From assembly GCA_964658305.1 (NCBI GenBank), contig OZ210884.1, positions 6,076,001 to 6,140,000 on the forward strand: DNA of 64,000 nucleotides. Reading direction: 5' to 3'. The notes beneath the pieces are model-generated. The model was given only the letters and a program-made list of their open reading frames with translations, did no database searches and was not told the DNA's origin. Positions 36,363 through 50,500 of the stretch are shown here, piece after piece. The position numbers and the translations under genes are program-made. Within the stretch, counting starts at the first letter, position 1. Each line of letters begins with the position of its first letter. The DNA comes from Leptogorgia sarmentosa (taxonomy: Eukaryota).

Positions 36363-39300
36363 ATCTGGCTTGTTCTAATTCACACAGTAATAAATTTCGT
36401 GGTGCAAACTACAAACTCTATAAATATTAACTATATAAATATTAACATCTTGCAAACATTCAAAGAATTAATGAGTTGAACTTGTTGAAATAACTAAGCT
36501 TTGAAGTTACGTCGTGAGCAGAGAAGAAACGATTTGATGAAGACATACTCATGCAGAACTGCACGTATAGCAGAAAATTGACTTCAAGAACGGAGGAGTT
36601 TGTAGGTTACGTTCCATAATTGTAATAAATCAGCAGATTCCAAGCTTTCGTGTGAGTTGAACATGGCCTCAAACTGGACGTCCCAACGGATAACATGCTT
36701 TAACAGTATGCGTGCCATATTCCAGAACGAATTTCATTTGCGATGTGAAGAATTCCAGACGAGACTTGCCTTAACTGCAACTCCATGAGTTGGAGGTGAT
36801 GTTCATGAAAGAAAATGTTGTTGATCAAAATAGTGTTGTTGATCAAACGCTTATATCGTTGTGTTTTTATATAAACTGTCATATAGAGATTTTTCATTGT
36901 GGTTCGAGAACAGTTACAGCTTTTTTAAAAAAAAGTTGGACAATAAAACATAAGGACATGAACTAGTTGTTAAAGATTATTTCATGCCAAGTTTGAAGTT
37001 CATTGGAATGACTTGACAATGAGGATTCTTGTGTGTTGCGTACCTTGATTCGACAGAAATGCGTGTAAATGGCAACAATCCGTACAAATTAATACTTGTG
37101 TTATCTCCAACCAAATACTGGATGCGTATCGTACGCGCTGAAAGGATTGCAAACATTTGTTGCGTGTTTCATCAACAGCGATGGAGACTTTGACTGGTTG
37201 TGAGTCGAGGAATTCTCGGAAAGTTGGTATTAAACAATGTAACTGGTTCTCAATGCTACTAAAGAAAACGAATTTCACCATTATACTTTGCCATTGCGAA
37301 AGATTCAGAACTACACAGGTCTTGTTTCTAGAACTGTCAAGCACCTTGAGAAATACTCGTAGGATGATGTATGAACGTATGTGAGGAAATATAATAAATT
37401 TCTGAAACTGACACTCAAATTGAAAAATTTTTCAAATTGAGTTTGAAAAGTAAAAGTCATCTACGAGATCCATTTGTTGCGTGTCTCATCAACAGCGATG
37501 GAGACTTTGACTGGTAGTCGAGGAATTCTCGGAAAGTTGGTATTAAACAATGTAACTGGTTCTCAATTCTACTAAAGAAAACGAATTTCACCGTACTTTG
37601 TCATCACAAAAGGTTCAGAACTACACAGGTCTTGTTTCTAGAACTGTCAAGCACCTTGAGAAATCCCGTAGGATGATGTATGAACGTATGTGGTGAAATA
37701 TAATAAATCTCTGAAACTGACACTCAAATTGAAGACCTCTTCAAATTGAGTTTGAAAAGTAAAAGTCGTTTACGAGATCCGACTTTCTGGTGCGATAATC
37801 AAGCCACGGATGTATGATAATGTTTGGCAAGTCGACGTCATTGGTCGAAAATGTATTACTGGAATATAATGTTATACTAAACAAGACGGAACACATGGGG
37901 CTCTGATGAAATATTTATTTCTACTTAAATTCTTCATGCGAGGTGGTGTGTGGACTATTGCATGTTTGTGTTAAGGAGATCGCTATTCAAACACTTGGAC
38001 TGCGTGTGAACAAATGGATGGAGTGGGAGAAATGTGGAAATGTTTAAGGAAAAAGAAGGTTGTGGCAAATTGACAAGAAGAAACATCTGCGCAGTGCATG
38101 TATGTGTTCAACTTTCCTCGACAAAAATAAGACGTTTTTTAACTTTCGAAAAGCCAAAAGGGAAAGACTAAAAGTACCCCTATCGTCAAAATTTCGATCA
38201 TGTGATTCATATTTGGTAAAACACAACAAGTTCCTTTCCAATTTATTTTACTATGTTTGAGATCTAAATTCAACCCCGACATTGCGTCACACATGTATGA
38301 TGATTTGTGAGAGAAAGTGGAATACGTAAAAATTATTCACATTTGGTTTTATTCAAAGCCGACACAATTTTCTCTTTTACAAATTGTTTTTTTTTTATTC
38401 GAACAAGATTCCAATTGCTAATTACTAAGCACGCATGACGTCATGTAAGGTGCATTTAAACTAAGTACCAGAACTCTAAAAATGAGGCCAAGAAGCCAAA
38501 ATTTGAAATTGTTGTTACTTTGCTATATTAAATGTTCTTTCGAAAGAAACACCGAGAATTTTGGCGTTAGGGGAACTGAAAGTGAAATATTACGATATTT
38601 TTGCCTTTGCGTATAATGATATACATGCATGGAATATGATAATGTTGTGAAAAGTGTGTTGACGTAAACTTCTTTATGATTTTTTTCAAACTTCAAAAAT
38701 CTTGTTTTTATGCTATAAAAAATATTAATTAATTGTTTCAGGTATTACGACAGTATTGACGCAATCTTTCTTGTTTAATCGTTCATGTTATTCGACTATT
38801 ATAGTTGTGAATATTTTAGATTTTCTATCTCTAGATATTTTAGGAAATGTAAAATACAATTTTTGTTTTCAAATATGATGTTCAAATTTGTTTTGAAGTT
38901 TTGACCACCTAACCCGCGAACGGGCATGCTGTGGAATCGGGTTAGTTTACAGTAGAATCCCGCTATCTCGAACTTGGTTATTTCGAATCACGCGTTATCT
39001 GGAATTCAAATGCCTTAAAACTCATAGTACATTTATATCAACCCTCGCTATGTCGCACTCCTGCTATCTAAATTTTCGTTGTCCCAGAGAATTCGAGATA
39101 GCGGGATTCTACTGTATGTTCATCTTTTAGCACTGATTTGTTTCGGTTGTTTTTGAGTCCACGCGTTGTCAAGATCAAAGCAAGATTAAGAGTCATTATT
39201 GAATATCGACAAAACATTTCTACAGCAAATAATATTTGTCTGTATATTCTCAATACTTATACAAAGAGAAACACCTGGTCGTCAACTTTCGCAAGCGCAT

Positions 39301-39461
39301 GCATACTAATTGTCGCTTTGTGCCTTGAGGAAGTGAGCAAGTTTGATTGGATTTTATCGGTACTGAAATAATGAACTCCATACAGTAACTGCATGTGTTT
39401 CCTTTTCGACCACCAAGTGCTAAAGTATCACGTAAGCCCAGCAATACAGTAGTTGGCAAAC

Positions 39462-39646
39462 ACGTTTACACACTACGATTTGTCGGGCACGATTCGCAGT
39501 CTGGCGTATGTAATCGAGTGAGCTCGCGCGAGTAAGTCGCATTCCTAATTACGGTTCAATCTTAACGAAGTCGAATGATGGCGTCAGCAGTATTTTCCAT
39601 ACGCCAGAATACGGAACGTGTCCGATAAATGGCAGCGTGTAAACGT
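39462..39646. mobile_element. TIR element (MITE), complete only in unit 2
   Basis: ACGTTTACAC...TTTGTCGG...TCTGGCGTATG mirrored by CATACGCCAGA...CCGATAAA...GTGTAAACGT. Confidence 0.6.
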
Positions 39647-39798
39647 AGCTTTAGCGGAGAGTCATCTCATGGCGTAAGTTTGTGACAGCCTCTTAGTCTT
39701 ACCCAGTCGCTTTCTAGCTTTTTAGTGAAAGGATTAATTCGCGCTTGCTCAGTCCAAAACTGATCGGTATATATATTTTTGTTGGTAATCTTTCTAGC

Positions 39799-40143
39799 CA
39801 TAGGCGTACGAGGCGGGGCTGCAGCCCCCCCCCCCCCCCAGATTGGATTAAATGGACAATTTGCGGGCAATATATTTCGGTTTTTCGGGCAATACATTTA
39901 AATATTCCGGTTTTTCGGGCAATATATTCAAATATTTCGGGCAATATATTTAAACAAATTTAATATAACAATATCTTTCATGGCAAAACAGCTTTTTCTG
40001 CACGAATCTATCGGAAAAAAATTTGGCGAGGGGGGGGGGGGGCGGGGGGTAAAATACTTTTGGAAAAAAGCATCAAGGCGGTTTGAAAAATTTTTCGGCC
40101 AAATTTTCAGCCCCCCCAAATAAGTTGGTCCCGTACGCCTATG
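39799..40143. mobile_element. hAT-like MITE with 8-bp TSD TTTCTAGC
   Basis: TIR CATAGGCGTACG / CGTACGCCTATG; TTTCTAGC at 39791-39798 and 40144-40151; single TTTCTAGC at the paralogous site 28453-28460. Confidence 0.9.
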
Positions 40144-42829
40144 TTTCTAGCTTAATCTTTTCACTAAAAGGCTAAAAAGCGCCTGTGTATGAGGGCATGA
40201 GGCTGAGTTTGAATGAGCAAAAAGTGAATGTGATTAAGCGCTGATGTCGTCATGCAGCGTTTGTTGCCAGCCAATCAAGTTGTTGCTTGTTTCTCCGTTC
40301 GCAAAGGATTTGCCTGCTGGAAAACAGGCTTTATACACCGACACAAGAGACAGACACCTGAAACGCACAATGCATATTGAAGCTCGCGAGAGCAGCCGCA
40401 TCTATTCGCTAGACGAAAATCACCTCAAAAGGTACTTTAATTGATTTTAAATTAAAAGTTAAGCAACGTACTCACTGTATTTGACTAAATGAATCCATCT
40501 CGATATTGAATTTTGAAATCTATAGGGAATTTGGATTTGCTGTAAACGTTAAGGTAAACATCAGCTGCCAACATCCTTGACAAGATGCGGCCTTTCTGTC
40601 GTTGTGCATGAAGTAACTTTATGTAATAAATTCTAGAAATATTAACCCAGTGTTGATACCAAATCAAATAGAGCCTATACATTGCTACATATTTTGGAGG
40701 AAGTAAAAAATTCTCGCCCTAAATGTTGCCAGTGGGTAAACCTTCACGATTTGTAACGCATGGAAAAGCGATTTTATGCGCATTCACTATGATTAAAGAC
40801 TACAATAACTACAATATACAAACCTGTGCATTTTTACAACTAATAGTAGTATTTCTGGGCGGATATATTCGGCAAATAATTCAGTTATTTCCTAAACGGG
40901 ATGGTCTACTATACAATCATGCTCATGTGAACATACGCACCATGCAGACAAATACTTGGTTGGGAAGACTTTGACGGTAAACGTTATATAATTGTTTTAC
41001 AGTTTGTTTTTCCTTTAATATTGCTGAGTTTTATCATACATATTTTCAGTTCTCAGTCTTTTTTTCAACCATTGTAAGTCTATAAAAAGCTATCGGTCAA
41101 TGCAGCGCAAACTGATTTCTATTTTTGTGGATTTAATATTAATATTAAAATAAAAGTTAGAAACATGCTGACTATTTGACTATGAATTCCTGTCGAGGTT
41201 GAATTTTGAAATCATTTAGGGAATTTTGGATTTGATTTCAGCTGCCAACAAGGACAAAATGCGACCTGAAATTTTTATGCATATTTTCTGTTCTCAGTCT
41301 TTTTTTTTTCGGGCATTACAAATCTATAGAAAAATTAAATTCATCAGTCGATGTTTAGGCAAAATTTCTTTTTCTCGTTGGCTGATAAATGTAAGGGTAA
41401 GCTTTTCATCGCTAGCATATTCACATGCATGAATTATGCAAAGAATTGCCATTAAATCTATTCTGTTAATTAGCTGTTATAAAATTCATTAAAATTAATT
41501 GCTGCAATAAAGTCAAAAAAGAAACATCTGCACTGTTAGTATGAGATATTGTACAGCGCATAGAAATATTATTTAAAGCCATTTTATATTTTATATTCTT
41601 GTCGTTTTAATTACAAGAAAATACTACAGATAGCAATAGGGCTTGAGTGTCACTGCTCTGAGACAAAATATGAGACCGCAGGCCAGTCCTATTTCTTTTA
41701 AAGGGCCCGGTTTTGAGCATGCGGTAAAGTGATAGTTTTCAATGACGATGTGAATGTTATCAATGACGTTTTCAATGACGATGTGAATGTTAAAATAATA
41801 GACTAATGTAGAGAATAATTTTAGTTTTTACCTTTTCGCTTTCTTTCCTTTTTGCATCACGCAAATCTCGGTAGCGAATCACAACAATCTCATTACAGAT
41901 ATATTTAGGGGAACAGGAGATAAACTAAAGTAATTTTTATTAAGTTTTTTTTTTTATTTTCAGCATTCTTTGTTAGAATCGGCAATTTATTATGCATATT
42001 TGAGTTTTGACAACTTGAAAAACACATACAATGCCAAGTGTAAATGATTCTATAACGGCTTGAAACAGGTTATATGTGATATCTTTTCACCAAAACAATC
42101 AAAAGTTTGCAAAAACCTTTCAGTGTTACAAGACCCGACTAAATTGAATGTTTTTGAAACATGGGAAACTAAGAATTAACAGAAATGATTCGTTTAGTTC
42201 ATTATGGCAACAAAAAGGTTTCGGACTCGTCCGGAACTGACTCGATCTTGTTTGCTGCGTCGATGTATTAGTTTGTGCCGGACTTCACATACTATTTAGC
42301 AATTAAATGCTTGTGTGAATATTCATTTTTAAATGAAGCAAACCTTTGATTATACTGGATACATGTTTTGCTACTGTTTATACCCATGCATTGCATTTCC
42401 TCGTATTAACATGAAAATGAATATCATATCAAAGTATATAACAATCACGACCGCATGTATTCTGTCCATTCGTTCCCTTCATTCATTTCACGCTATTGTT
42501 GCAGCGGGGGGGGTTCATTATTTGGTCGTTTCATTATTTTGAAAAACGACAGGTTTTTCAGAGTAATATGTTATAAGTTGCCCAAATTGTAAAAGTTTTT
42601 CCTTGTTTAATTTTGGAATCAACGATTGATATATTTTGTCACATTAAGTCATTAACAACCCGAATTGCGAAAGCAGCAATTTCTAAATTGGCGGCTCTAT
42701 GCTATATTCTTATAGGCACGTTTTTTATCCGTGATTGAACAGTCGAGGGTTTTTTTTCTAGGAGTTATTGTGCTGTAAGAAACGTCAAATAGTTGGCTGC
42801 CAAAAGCTCGTCAATTTAAATAAGCAATA

Positions 42830-43780
42830 ATGGGTCTTGAGGAAGGAAACCGCACGTCTGCGACGACAAGCTGCAGAATTTTTGAAAATACTTACCAAAT
42901 TACAAGAAAACTGCCAAGCAAAATATACGAAGGTTCACGGATTGCATTAATTGTAGCCTGTTGTTTCCTGCTGTTGTCAGCCACTGTACTGAACGGAATT
43001 TCAGTTATGGCAATAACAAAATCACCGCAGCTCAAAAAGAAAATTTGCTACTTCGTGGTGCTCATTCAATCTGTTGCCGACTTTGGAGTTGGAGTTCTGA
43101 GTACACCGCTCTTCATTTACTGTGCACTTTCCCCATTTCTACATTCTGTCAATTGCGCTTTCGTTGTTCTAGCTTTTGGAACGACATTTATTCCAAGTGG
43201 CGTCTCGATCATAACATTATCCGTGATGAACTTAGAAAGATACGTCGCTATACTGCATCCTCTTTCCTACAAAACTAAAGTTACAAGGAAACGAATCTTG
43301 GGCTTTGTGTTAGTGGGTACTATAATCCTGGTTTCAATATTTGGACTCTCTTCCTTAGATCGAGGAATAATTAGGTATTTCGCCGTAGGGAGTATAGTGG
43401 TATTTATTCTTTCAACAGTATTTGTTTACACAAGAATTTATCGTGTCATTCGAAAGCTTGTTCGTTCAGAAAAAAGACCAGCGTGTGAAAGCGATAGCAA
43501 TGACAATGTGGGACGAAAGCAAATTTTACGTGACTCCAAACATGCAAAATCATGTTTTCTCGTCGTGATATGTTATGGTATTTTGCTTCTACCCTTAACA
43601 CTAGCATCCTTCATTTTCAAAGTCGATAGTCCTGAGTACAGAGAGTATTTGCTCTGGTCTCATACATTATTCATTTTAAATTCAAGCGCCAACTCTGTGA
43701 TATTTTTTTGGACAAAGAAACAGCTTAGAAAAGAAGTTCTCCAAAATCTATCATTCTTCTCTTCTTTTAGCCGTGAGTGA
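42830..43780 (+). CDS. Intronless class A (rhodopsin-like) orphan GPCR
   Basis: Seven hydrophobic segments; TM1 LN, TM2 QSVAD, TM3 ERY (LERYVAILHPLSY), TM6 LLP, TM7 LNSSANSVIFFW (NPxxY variant); N-glycosylation sequon NRT. Confidence 0.9.
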   Translation: MGLEEGNRTSATTSCRIFENTYQITRKLPSKIYEGSRIALIVACCFLLLSATVLNGISVMAITKSPQLKKKICYFVVLIQSVADFGVGVLSTPLFIYCALSPFLHSVNCAFVVLAFGTTFIPSGVSIITLSVMNLERYVAILHPLSYKTKVTRKRILGFVLVGTIILVSIFGLSSLDRGIIRYFAVGSIVVFILSTVFVYTRIYRVIRKLVRSEKRPACESDSNDNVGRKQILRDSKHAKSCFLVVICYGILLLPLTLASFIFKVDSPEYREYLLWSHTLFILNSSANSVIFFWTKKQLRKEVLQNLSFFSSFSRE

Positions 43781-43794
43781 TGTATTTCTACAAC

Positions 43795-44089
43795 CAGGTG
43801 ATCTCAATACACGGAAAAGGACTGGGAATAGCTGTCAGAAAAAATCCATTTTTCCATTGAAATAACTTAATATCTCCCATAATATACTTTATTTCAATTC
43901 CATTCCACATTCCATTCATCATCTTCGTCAGAGCTATAGTTCTCATAACCAAACATAATTACAATATTTCAACTAGTTTCATACAGAATAACAAAAGATA
44001 CAATCGAGTGAATACAGCAAAATGGGTTTCTTCTCGGACAACCGTTTCCAAGCGCTGATTGGCTAAAACACGAATACGAGATCACCTGG
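43795..44089. mobile_element. Short TIR element of a dispersed family (related left ends near 1789, 53102, 63443)
   Basis: CCAGGTGATCTC ... GAGATCACCTGG; the left-end motif ACACGGAAAAG.AC.GG...CTGTCA recurs at the other sites. Confidence 0.55.
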
Positions 44090-44586
44090 AAATGAAAGGA
44101 TTTCTTGTATATATAGGTTCAGATAATATCAATAGTTGAATCTTCATGCTGTATTATGTAGAATGATTAATTTCAATAAATGTTCACACAATAATGCATC
44201 TAGTCAGTTATCCATGTGGTTATTAACCATGGTTAAACCATGCAGATAGTTGCACTTGTACTTTATGCAAGGTTACAACGGGTATAAGATATTGTAAAGG
44301 TTAGAGAATGAAACTCTCTAACTGCTAGTTGTAGGGTGTTACGTATATATTTTCTGTAATGCTAGTCACTGATATAGATAGTAATGAAGATCAAAAGTGT
44401 TGCACATGGGGAAGAATTTCAGGCTCCATGCATTTGACGTGCTCTTTCTTTGACAAACGCTGATCATTTCTTGTTCGTAATGAACTGCGCGTATTCCTTA
44501 TGGAACCATCACTCCATTCCACTTTAAGTTCGGCAGCAGAGGACTAAGTTTCAATATATTCGCAATTTTCTTCCCGATGTTCACAA

Positions 44587-47500
44587 CTAAGTAATATTTT
44601 CTACATTTGAACAACTCCCAGGGTTCTCCTCGTGAACAGAATTCTCACTATCCTTGACGCAGGTCGTATCGTCCTGAGCGGAAATCGTATTCTTCTGAAC
44701 AAAAATCGTGGTCTCTTCAACGGAATTCGTGTCTCCTTGAGCATAATTCGTAACGTCTTGAACTGAATTCGCGCCGTCCTGGACGGAGGTCGCGTTGCCT
44801 TGAACGGAAACCGTTTTCTCATGAGCAGAATTCGCGCTCTCCTGAACAGAATTCGTGTTTTCCGGAACAGAATTCGTTTTGTGTTCTTCTGAACGGAACT
44901 CGTGTTGTGTTGCACTGTTAGTCGAATTCGCGTGGTCATTAGTCGAATTCGTACTGTCCCTACCAAAGCTCGTGCAAACCTGAACTTTTGTTGAATGTTT
45001 AACCGTTTTCTCCTGAGCAGAATTCGTGTCATCCTGAACAGAATTCGTGCCATCCTGAACAGAACTCGTGTCATCCTGAACAGAACTCGTGTCATCCTGA
45101 ACAGAACTCGTGTCATCCTGAACAGAACTCGTGTTATCCTGAACAGAACTCGTGTCATCCTGAGCAGAATTCGTGTCATCCTGAACAGAATTCGTGCCAT
45201 CCTGAACAGAACTCGTGTCATCCTGAACAGAACTCGTGTCATCCTGAACAGAACTCGTGTCATCCTGAACAGAACTCGTGTTATCCTGACCAGAATTCGT
45301 GTTTTCCTGAACAGAATACGTTTTGTGCTGTTCTGAACAGAACTCGTGTTGTGTTGCGCTCTTAATCGAGATCGCGTAGTCATTATTTGAATTTGCACCA
45401 TCCTCACCGGAGCTGGTACGGACCTGAACATTTGTTGAATCGTTATCAACAGAATTTGTCCTGTTATGAATTGAATTTGTGTTGGTCTGACTGGAATTCG
45501 TTTTGTTCGGAAAGGTGCTTTGCAGTGTTAATTTAGTATTATCTTTTATGGTGTGTGTCTTATTCATTAGATTTAAACCATCTTTCGCTGTAGTCTTATT
45601 TTCCTTACAAGAGGAATCGTTTAAGGATAGTTGCAAAAGTGTAGAACTAGGTGAACTGCAAGATTTTATATTTCTTTTGACATTTTGTTTATTCGCAGGT
45701 TGTTTCCCTCGATAGTTAATACTGTCTGGAAACGTATTTCCATCTGATGGGTTAGCTTTTGCATAACTTTGTAAAGATGATGTATCAGCATTATTTGAAC
45801 GACGAGTCTCAGTAACCGCTATCTCATTACTAGAGGAAGAGTTACCTTGACAGACACTGGAGGAGACGTTCACTGCGGCAGGTGGATTTCTTAACAAAGT
45901 CTTCGAGGTACTCGGTCCAGTAGCATGATAGGGAAACGAGTTACTCGTGGTATCCATGCGGTTGTTATAGCAACTCCAATCAAAAACCAAGCCTCCTTCA
46001 TCAATACTTCCGGTATAGTTCCCGCCAAATCCAGAATCTTGATCATCATCTCTGTACGGAGTCACTTTTCTCCTCATGTCTTGATTGACCTTTGTCTGAG
46101 CAATAGTATCAGGCTTATGACTCTGTCCGACGTCAGTACTTGACACTTTACGACCTTGGGCAAGAAGCACTTTTGCCTAAAAAAAGCAGTCAAATTATCA
46201 ATTTTCAGTCGATTCGACGTGGAAAGGTTTGGTTTTGAAGAACAGGACATCAATTCAGAAGATTGATGCAGGTAACGTTATGCAATACTTGGCGGGGGGG
46301 GGGACTATCTTCATACACGCTACTGTCCCTTCCGTATGCGGTGGTAAAAAAAGCCAATAAAAACCAATGTCAATACCAACATTGCAGGGGAATAAAAAAT
46401 TGGGGCTGGGATAAAGAGGGCGTAATACTTACGTGTTATATCTTTATCTGTGAGCTATGGTTACATTTGTTCTGTTAGTTCTAGTTACACTTTGACTACG
46501 TTCCCACATAAAGTTAATGGTAAGTCTGTGGTATTCGGCTTACCTTTTCACTCTCAGTTATTTTAATGCCATCTAGAATGAGCTAAATCAGTAAAAAAGC
46601 TTCGTTAACAAGGGAACGAATTTCACATGAATATATGCAGTGCTAGAATTATTTATGGCGTACAATTCATGTACTGAAGACTGAACAAACATTACATGGA
46701 ATGCTAGAACGTCCAAAATTACTGAAAATCAGTCGTCATACCTCTCTGGCCTTGATCTGACAAAACACACTAATCCTGTAGGACTTCAAAGCGACACAAG
46801 GATTTCCTTAAAAGCATTATGTTACCATGAACATAATATATTACCCTCAATCAAAACCCACACATCCCCTTTGCGATGTATGTCTTCATGCAATGCCTGT
46901 CATTTTATCCCCGACTGGATCACAATTTATTGCTTATCACGACGGACAATCTCAATGAAAACGTTAATAGAATGTATATAGGAGTTTACCTGTCAGAGCC
47001 AGTATCCTCAGATGTAGTAAAGATGATATCTTGACCAGCTCTTCGACTGCTCTTATTTGATTATGTCTCACATCAAGTTCTACTAAACCACGCAAGCAGT
47101 CAACCCCTACACGGCGAAAAATCATCATCAACTCGTTGTAAGGTTGGGAGAACAAGATTGAACAATGTTATGCTGTCCGCAATGTTACACACGATCATAT
47201 GACAGCAAACGATTGTTTAATCCTGTTATACCACAGGCTGGTGGTTTTGGTCCATTTTGAAAGAACTGCAACACAGATGCGAAAAATGCAACTTTCAGTC
47301 TATTGCTGCTACATGCTCTGAGAACAGAACAGATTCTGACATCTCAGTCGTTTTAGTTTATCATCTCAGTCGATACAAATGTGTTGTTCGCAGATAAAGC
47401 CAAAGAAAAAAATACCAATCAATACAGTTATATATATATAAAAAAATACATAGAAAAAATTGTGAGTAACTTTGAATAACACTAACCTTCCAGACTTTGT

Positions 47501-50500
47501 AACTTGTTATTTGTAAGTAGAAGTGACTTCAAATTTCGAAGATCCTAGCAGGAAGCAAAAAAAAATAGTAAGCAAAATATTTGTGGAATACAATACAGCG
47601 CCATCGCAGTCGTTACTAAGATACTTACCCTAGAAGTAGCTGATACATAATGAATATTATTATGACTTAAGTTGAGAAATGTCAAGGTAGATGATGTCAA
47701 CTGCTCCAAATCCAAGTGAACAAACTCATTGTGGCTTAAATCCAACTAAAATAAAAAGAAACAAAAACTTGATCAGTACATCTTATATCAAATGCTTCTT
47801 TGTCACGTGAACCTCCCATGAATACCATTGGTTCATATAGGTCATGGCAACGTCGAGAAGGCCGTCCGGGCTGCGCACGTGGAAGCCTTTATGTTTTATT
47901 CCTCCTTGATCTTATGCCACGAGTGGAGACACAAAACATAAATAAATTATGATAACATGCGCAGACTTTACGTTAGTTATCAGTGTAACCGTTTTCAGAT
48001 GGCAAATAGCTCTGATAATAATAAAAGCGAGGTTCATATTTGATTACCACTTCCGCTACCAACAAGGGGCTTTGAACCAATCGGATGCGTTAAATCCATG
48101 GGGTTAGCCAATCACGTGCGCCACAGGTTAGTAAAAGGTAGCCGTATAGTGGTAGTCGGAGTCAAATCTGAATCTCGCTAATGAGTACAAAAATGCTGGG
48201 CACGGACGTCAGAAAAGAAGGTTTAAAATCCTACCTGTTCCAACGACGGCAATAGTTTCAAGGAATGATCGAATGTTGAAATATTATTATGACTCATGTT
48301 GACATGTGTAAGAAAGATCCATGGACGTACTACAACACTAAATATGAAAACATGTACATTGCATGGTTAGACTTAGAAGTTTCTTCAGGATATGACTGTA
48401 TGTAATGCAACAATTAAAGGTGATGTTAACTGACATGCAGTGAGTATATTTTGTTCCGATTGTGTATTACTATTACTATAGTATTAGGACTGTTTCCGAT
48501 GGTGAGCTTTGTACGTGCCGGAACAGAGAACTTAGGTCAGTAAGATTACGTTTGTTGCGTGAAAATTTTAACGTTTGAACTAGGTTTTACTGTGTTAGAT
48601 GTCAAACTTGTGCCCAACCAAATACATCTAGGTTTGTTGCATAGAAAGTTTGATGTTTGGCCTGAAGCCGATTTTCAACTAGCTTTCCTTTGTTTGCATC
48701 CATTTTGCTGACATAATAAGTAATACTAATGAAAGAAATACGTCGTTTCGTGGAAAACTGGCTTTAAAGGCCTATTACCTCGTCTGGACGGCAGTAACTC
48801 ACAAAGCAACTGATATACTGTAAACATCAGTTTTTAAATGGAACAAAAGGAATAAAAAATTCGCTGTAGTTACCGATTATCAGTAAGCTTTGTTGTCGAC
48901 ATATTTCGCCAAGATTCCACATTACTGGCAGCTTGTTTAATCTGTAAGTATAAATTTATAATGTGTTAACACTTAACACTATCTTTCGCTTTTTTCACAC
49001 GCCTGTTCTGACTCGTGGTATACTGCTGCACGCGTAATTATTATTTTACCAGTACTAAACATACCGCACGTTTCTGCATGGCAGCGTCAACCAAAAACTC
49101 CTACAATATAGAAAAATTCCTCATTGGAAAATATAGAAAATCAATTCTTTTTAATAAAATAACCGGAAGTAAGTGAAAAAGACTGCGCGCCGTTATTGGC
49201 TAACAGCCGTGTTGATGTGAGATTATGTAAACACAGCTATTTCGCGCTGCTTCTCGCTATTGCGTTATTCCGCTTTTATTCCACACATTTCTCGTTCTCC
49301 CAAACTTGCACTCGTGTTTACATAACTCGATGTAAACATGGAAAATGTTTTCTATTCCTTAAATGTAACTTGTAATTAGGAAATTAAATTTCTTACAAGT
49401 TACATATATGTATATCACTAATCTATACGCAGTTATACAGACAATTGCTAGTACGTACATACGTACCTTCATAGATTTCAAGCAGTTTTTTAATGTTACA
49501 TGTGTCATCTGTTTTTGTATTCGAAATAATCCATCAATGACACTGATATGACATTTTTCGATCTAAAAAGGAAAGAAATGGTGGTTTGTTATGATGTAGA
49601 ACTACATGTACGTTAAACCTACTGCATGTACATTATATACTGGATTGCGCTCGAGAAACTGAGGGGGGGGGGGGCTTTTGCTGAGGAATTCACCTCGCGA
49701 GGCCGTGAGGAAAAAATCTATCGTGCTTGATATTGTTTATACCTCGTGTGGCGAAGCCAAGAACTCTCATGTGCGGCGGGCTTTGTGGAACTGGTGGTTC
49801 GATGATTGGATAAAGTTATCCACCGAATAGCGACGGAGAACTTATTATTTCTTACACCGCAACTGAGGTGTAACTGAGGGTAGTCCTACCTGTAACTTTT
49901 CCAAAGATTTAAAAAGTGAAATATCAAAAGCTTGGTTACTGATCAGTTCTTGACAAGGAGATAAACGACTGGCCACACCGCTCACACATAAATTTTTCAA
50001 TTCTTGAATGAAGCCATAAAGATATCCTAAATCAACCACTTCTTCACCCGGGTGTGATGTATCTGGTAAGAAAAATAAGGTTACTATGTTAAGTTTTCGT
50101 TGTTTCGACAATCTCTTTATTTAGTCAATATAGTTTCTAGCTATAAAAACGAAAAATGTTTGGCCGAGCGTGTTTTCGGACCGAGAATAACACCCAAGAA
50201 TAGATGTCGACTTTATTTTTACTTTTTGGAGTAAACTTTCTATATATTATATACTGTAGTTTCGTGATCCTTTAACTTAACCTCCTCTATTCTACATCAA
50301 CTACAGTACCTACAGAGGGTGGACAAAAAAAAGTGGCCCCCAGAACAATTCGGTTTATAAGCGGCAAGCTCCACAACCTTGCAGATTTAAAGAGGATTTA
50401 AATTTTGAGATTTAAATTTGCTTAGGTTGAAAGATTTATAAATTTGCTTAGGTCGTACTCAAACCAAACGGGGTTCTGCATTCCCGATTACTTGAGAGAG

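Larger units (their letters stand above)
28996..40383 (+). repeat. Tandem segmental duplication, unit 2
   Basis: Colinear with 18254-28680, with extra sequence at ~39473-40143. Confidence 0.92.

Noticed and set aside
44601..45449. Alternative-frame ORFs (MTRVLFR repeats; NRTRVIL repeats on +)
   Set aside because: Shadow frames of the 21-bp coding repeat.
46433..46480. Possible extra nischarin micro-exon (AG...GTAAG)
   Set aside because: Flanking exons already join in phase 0; no supporting homology.
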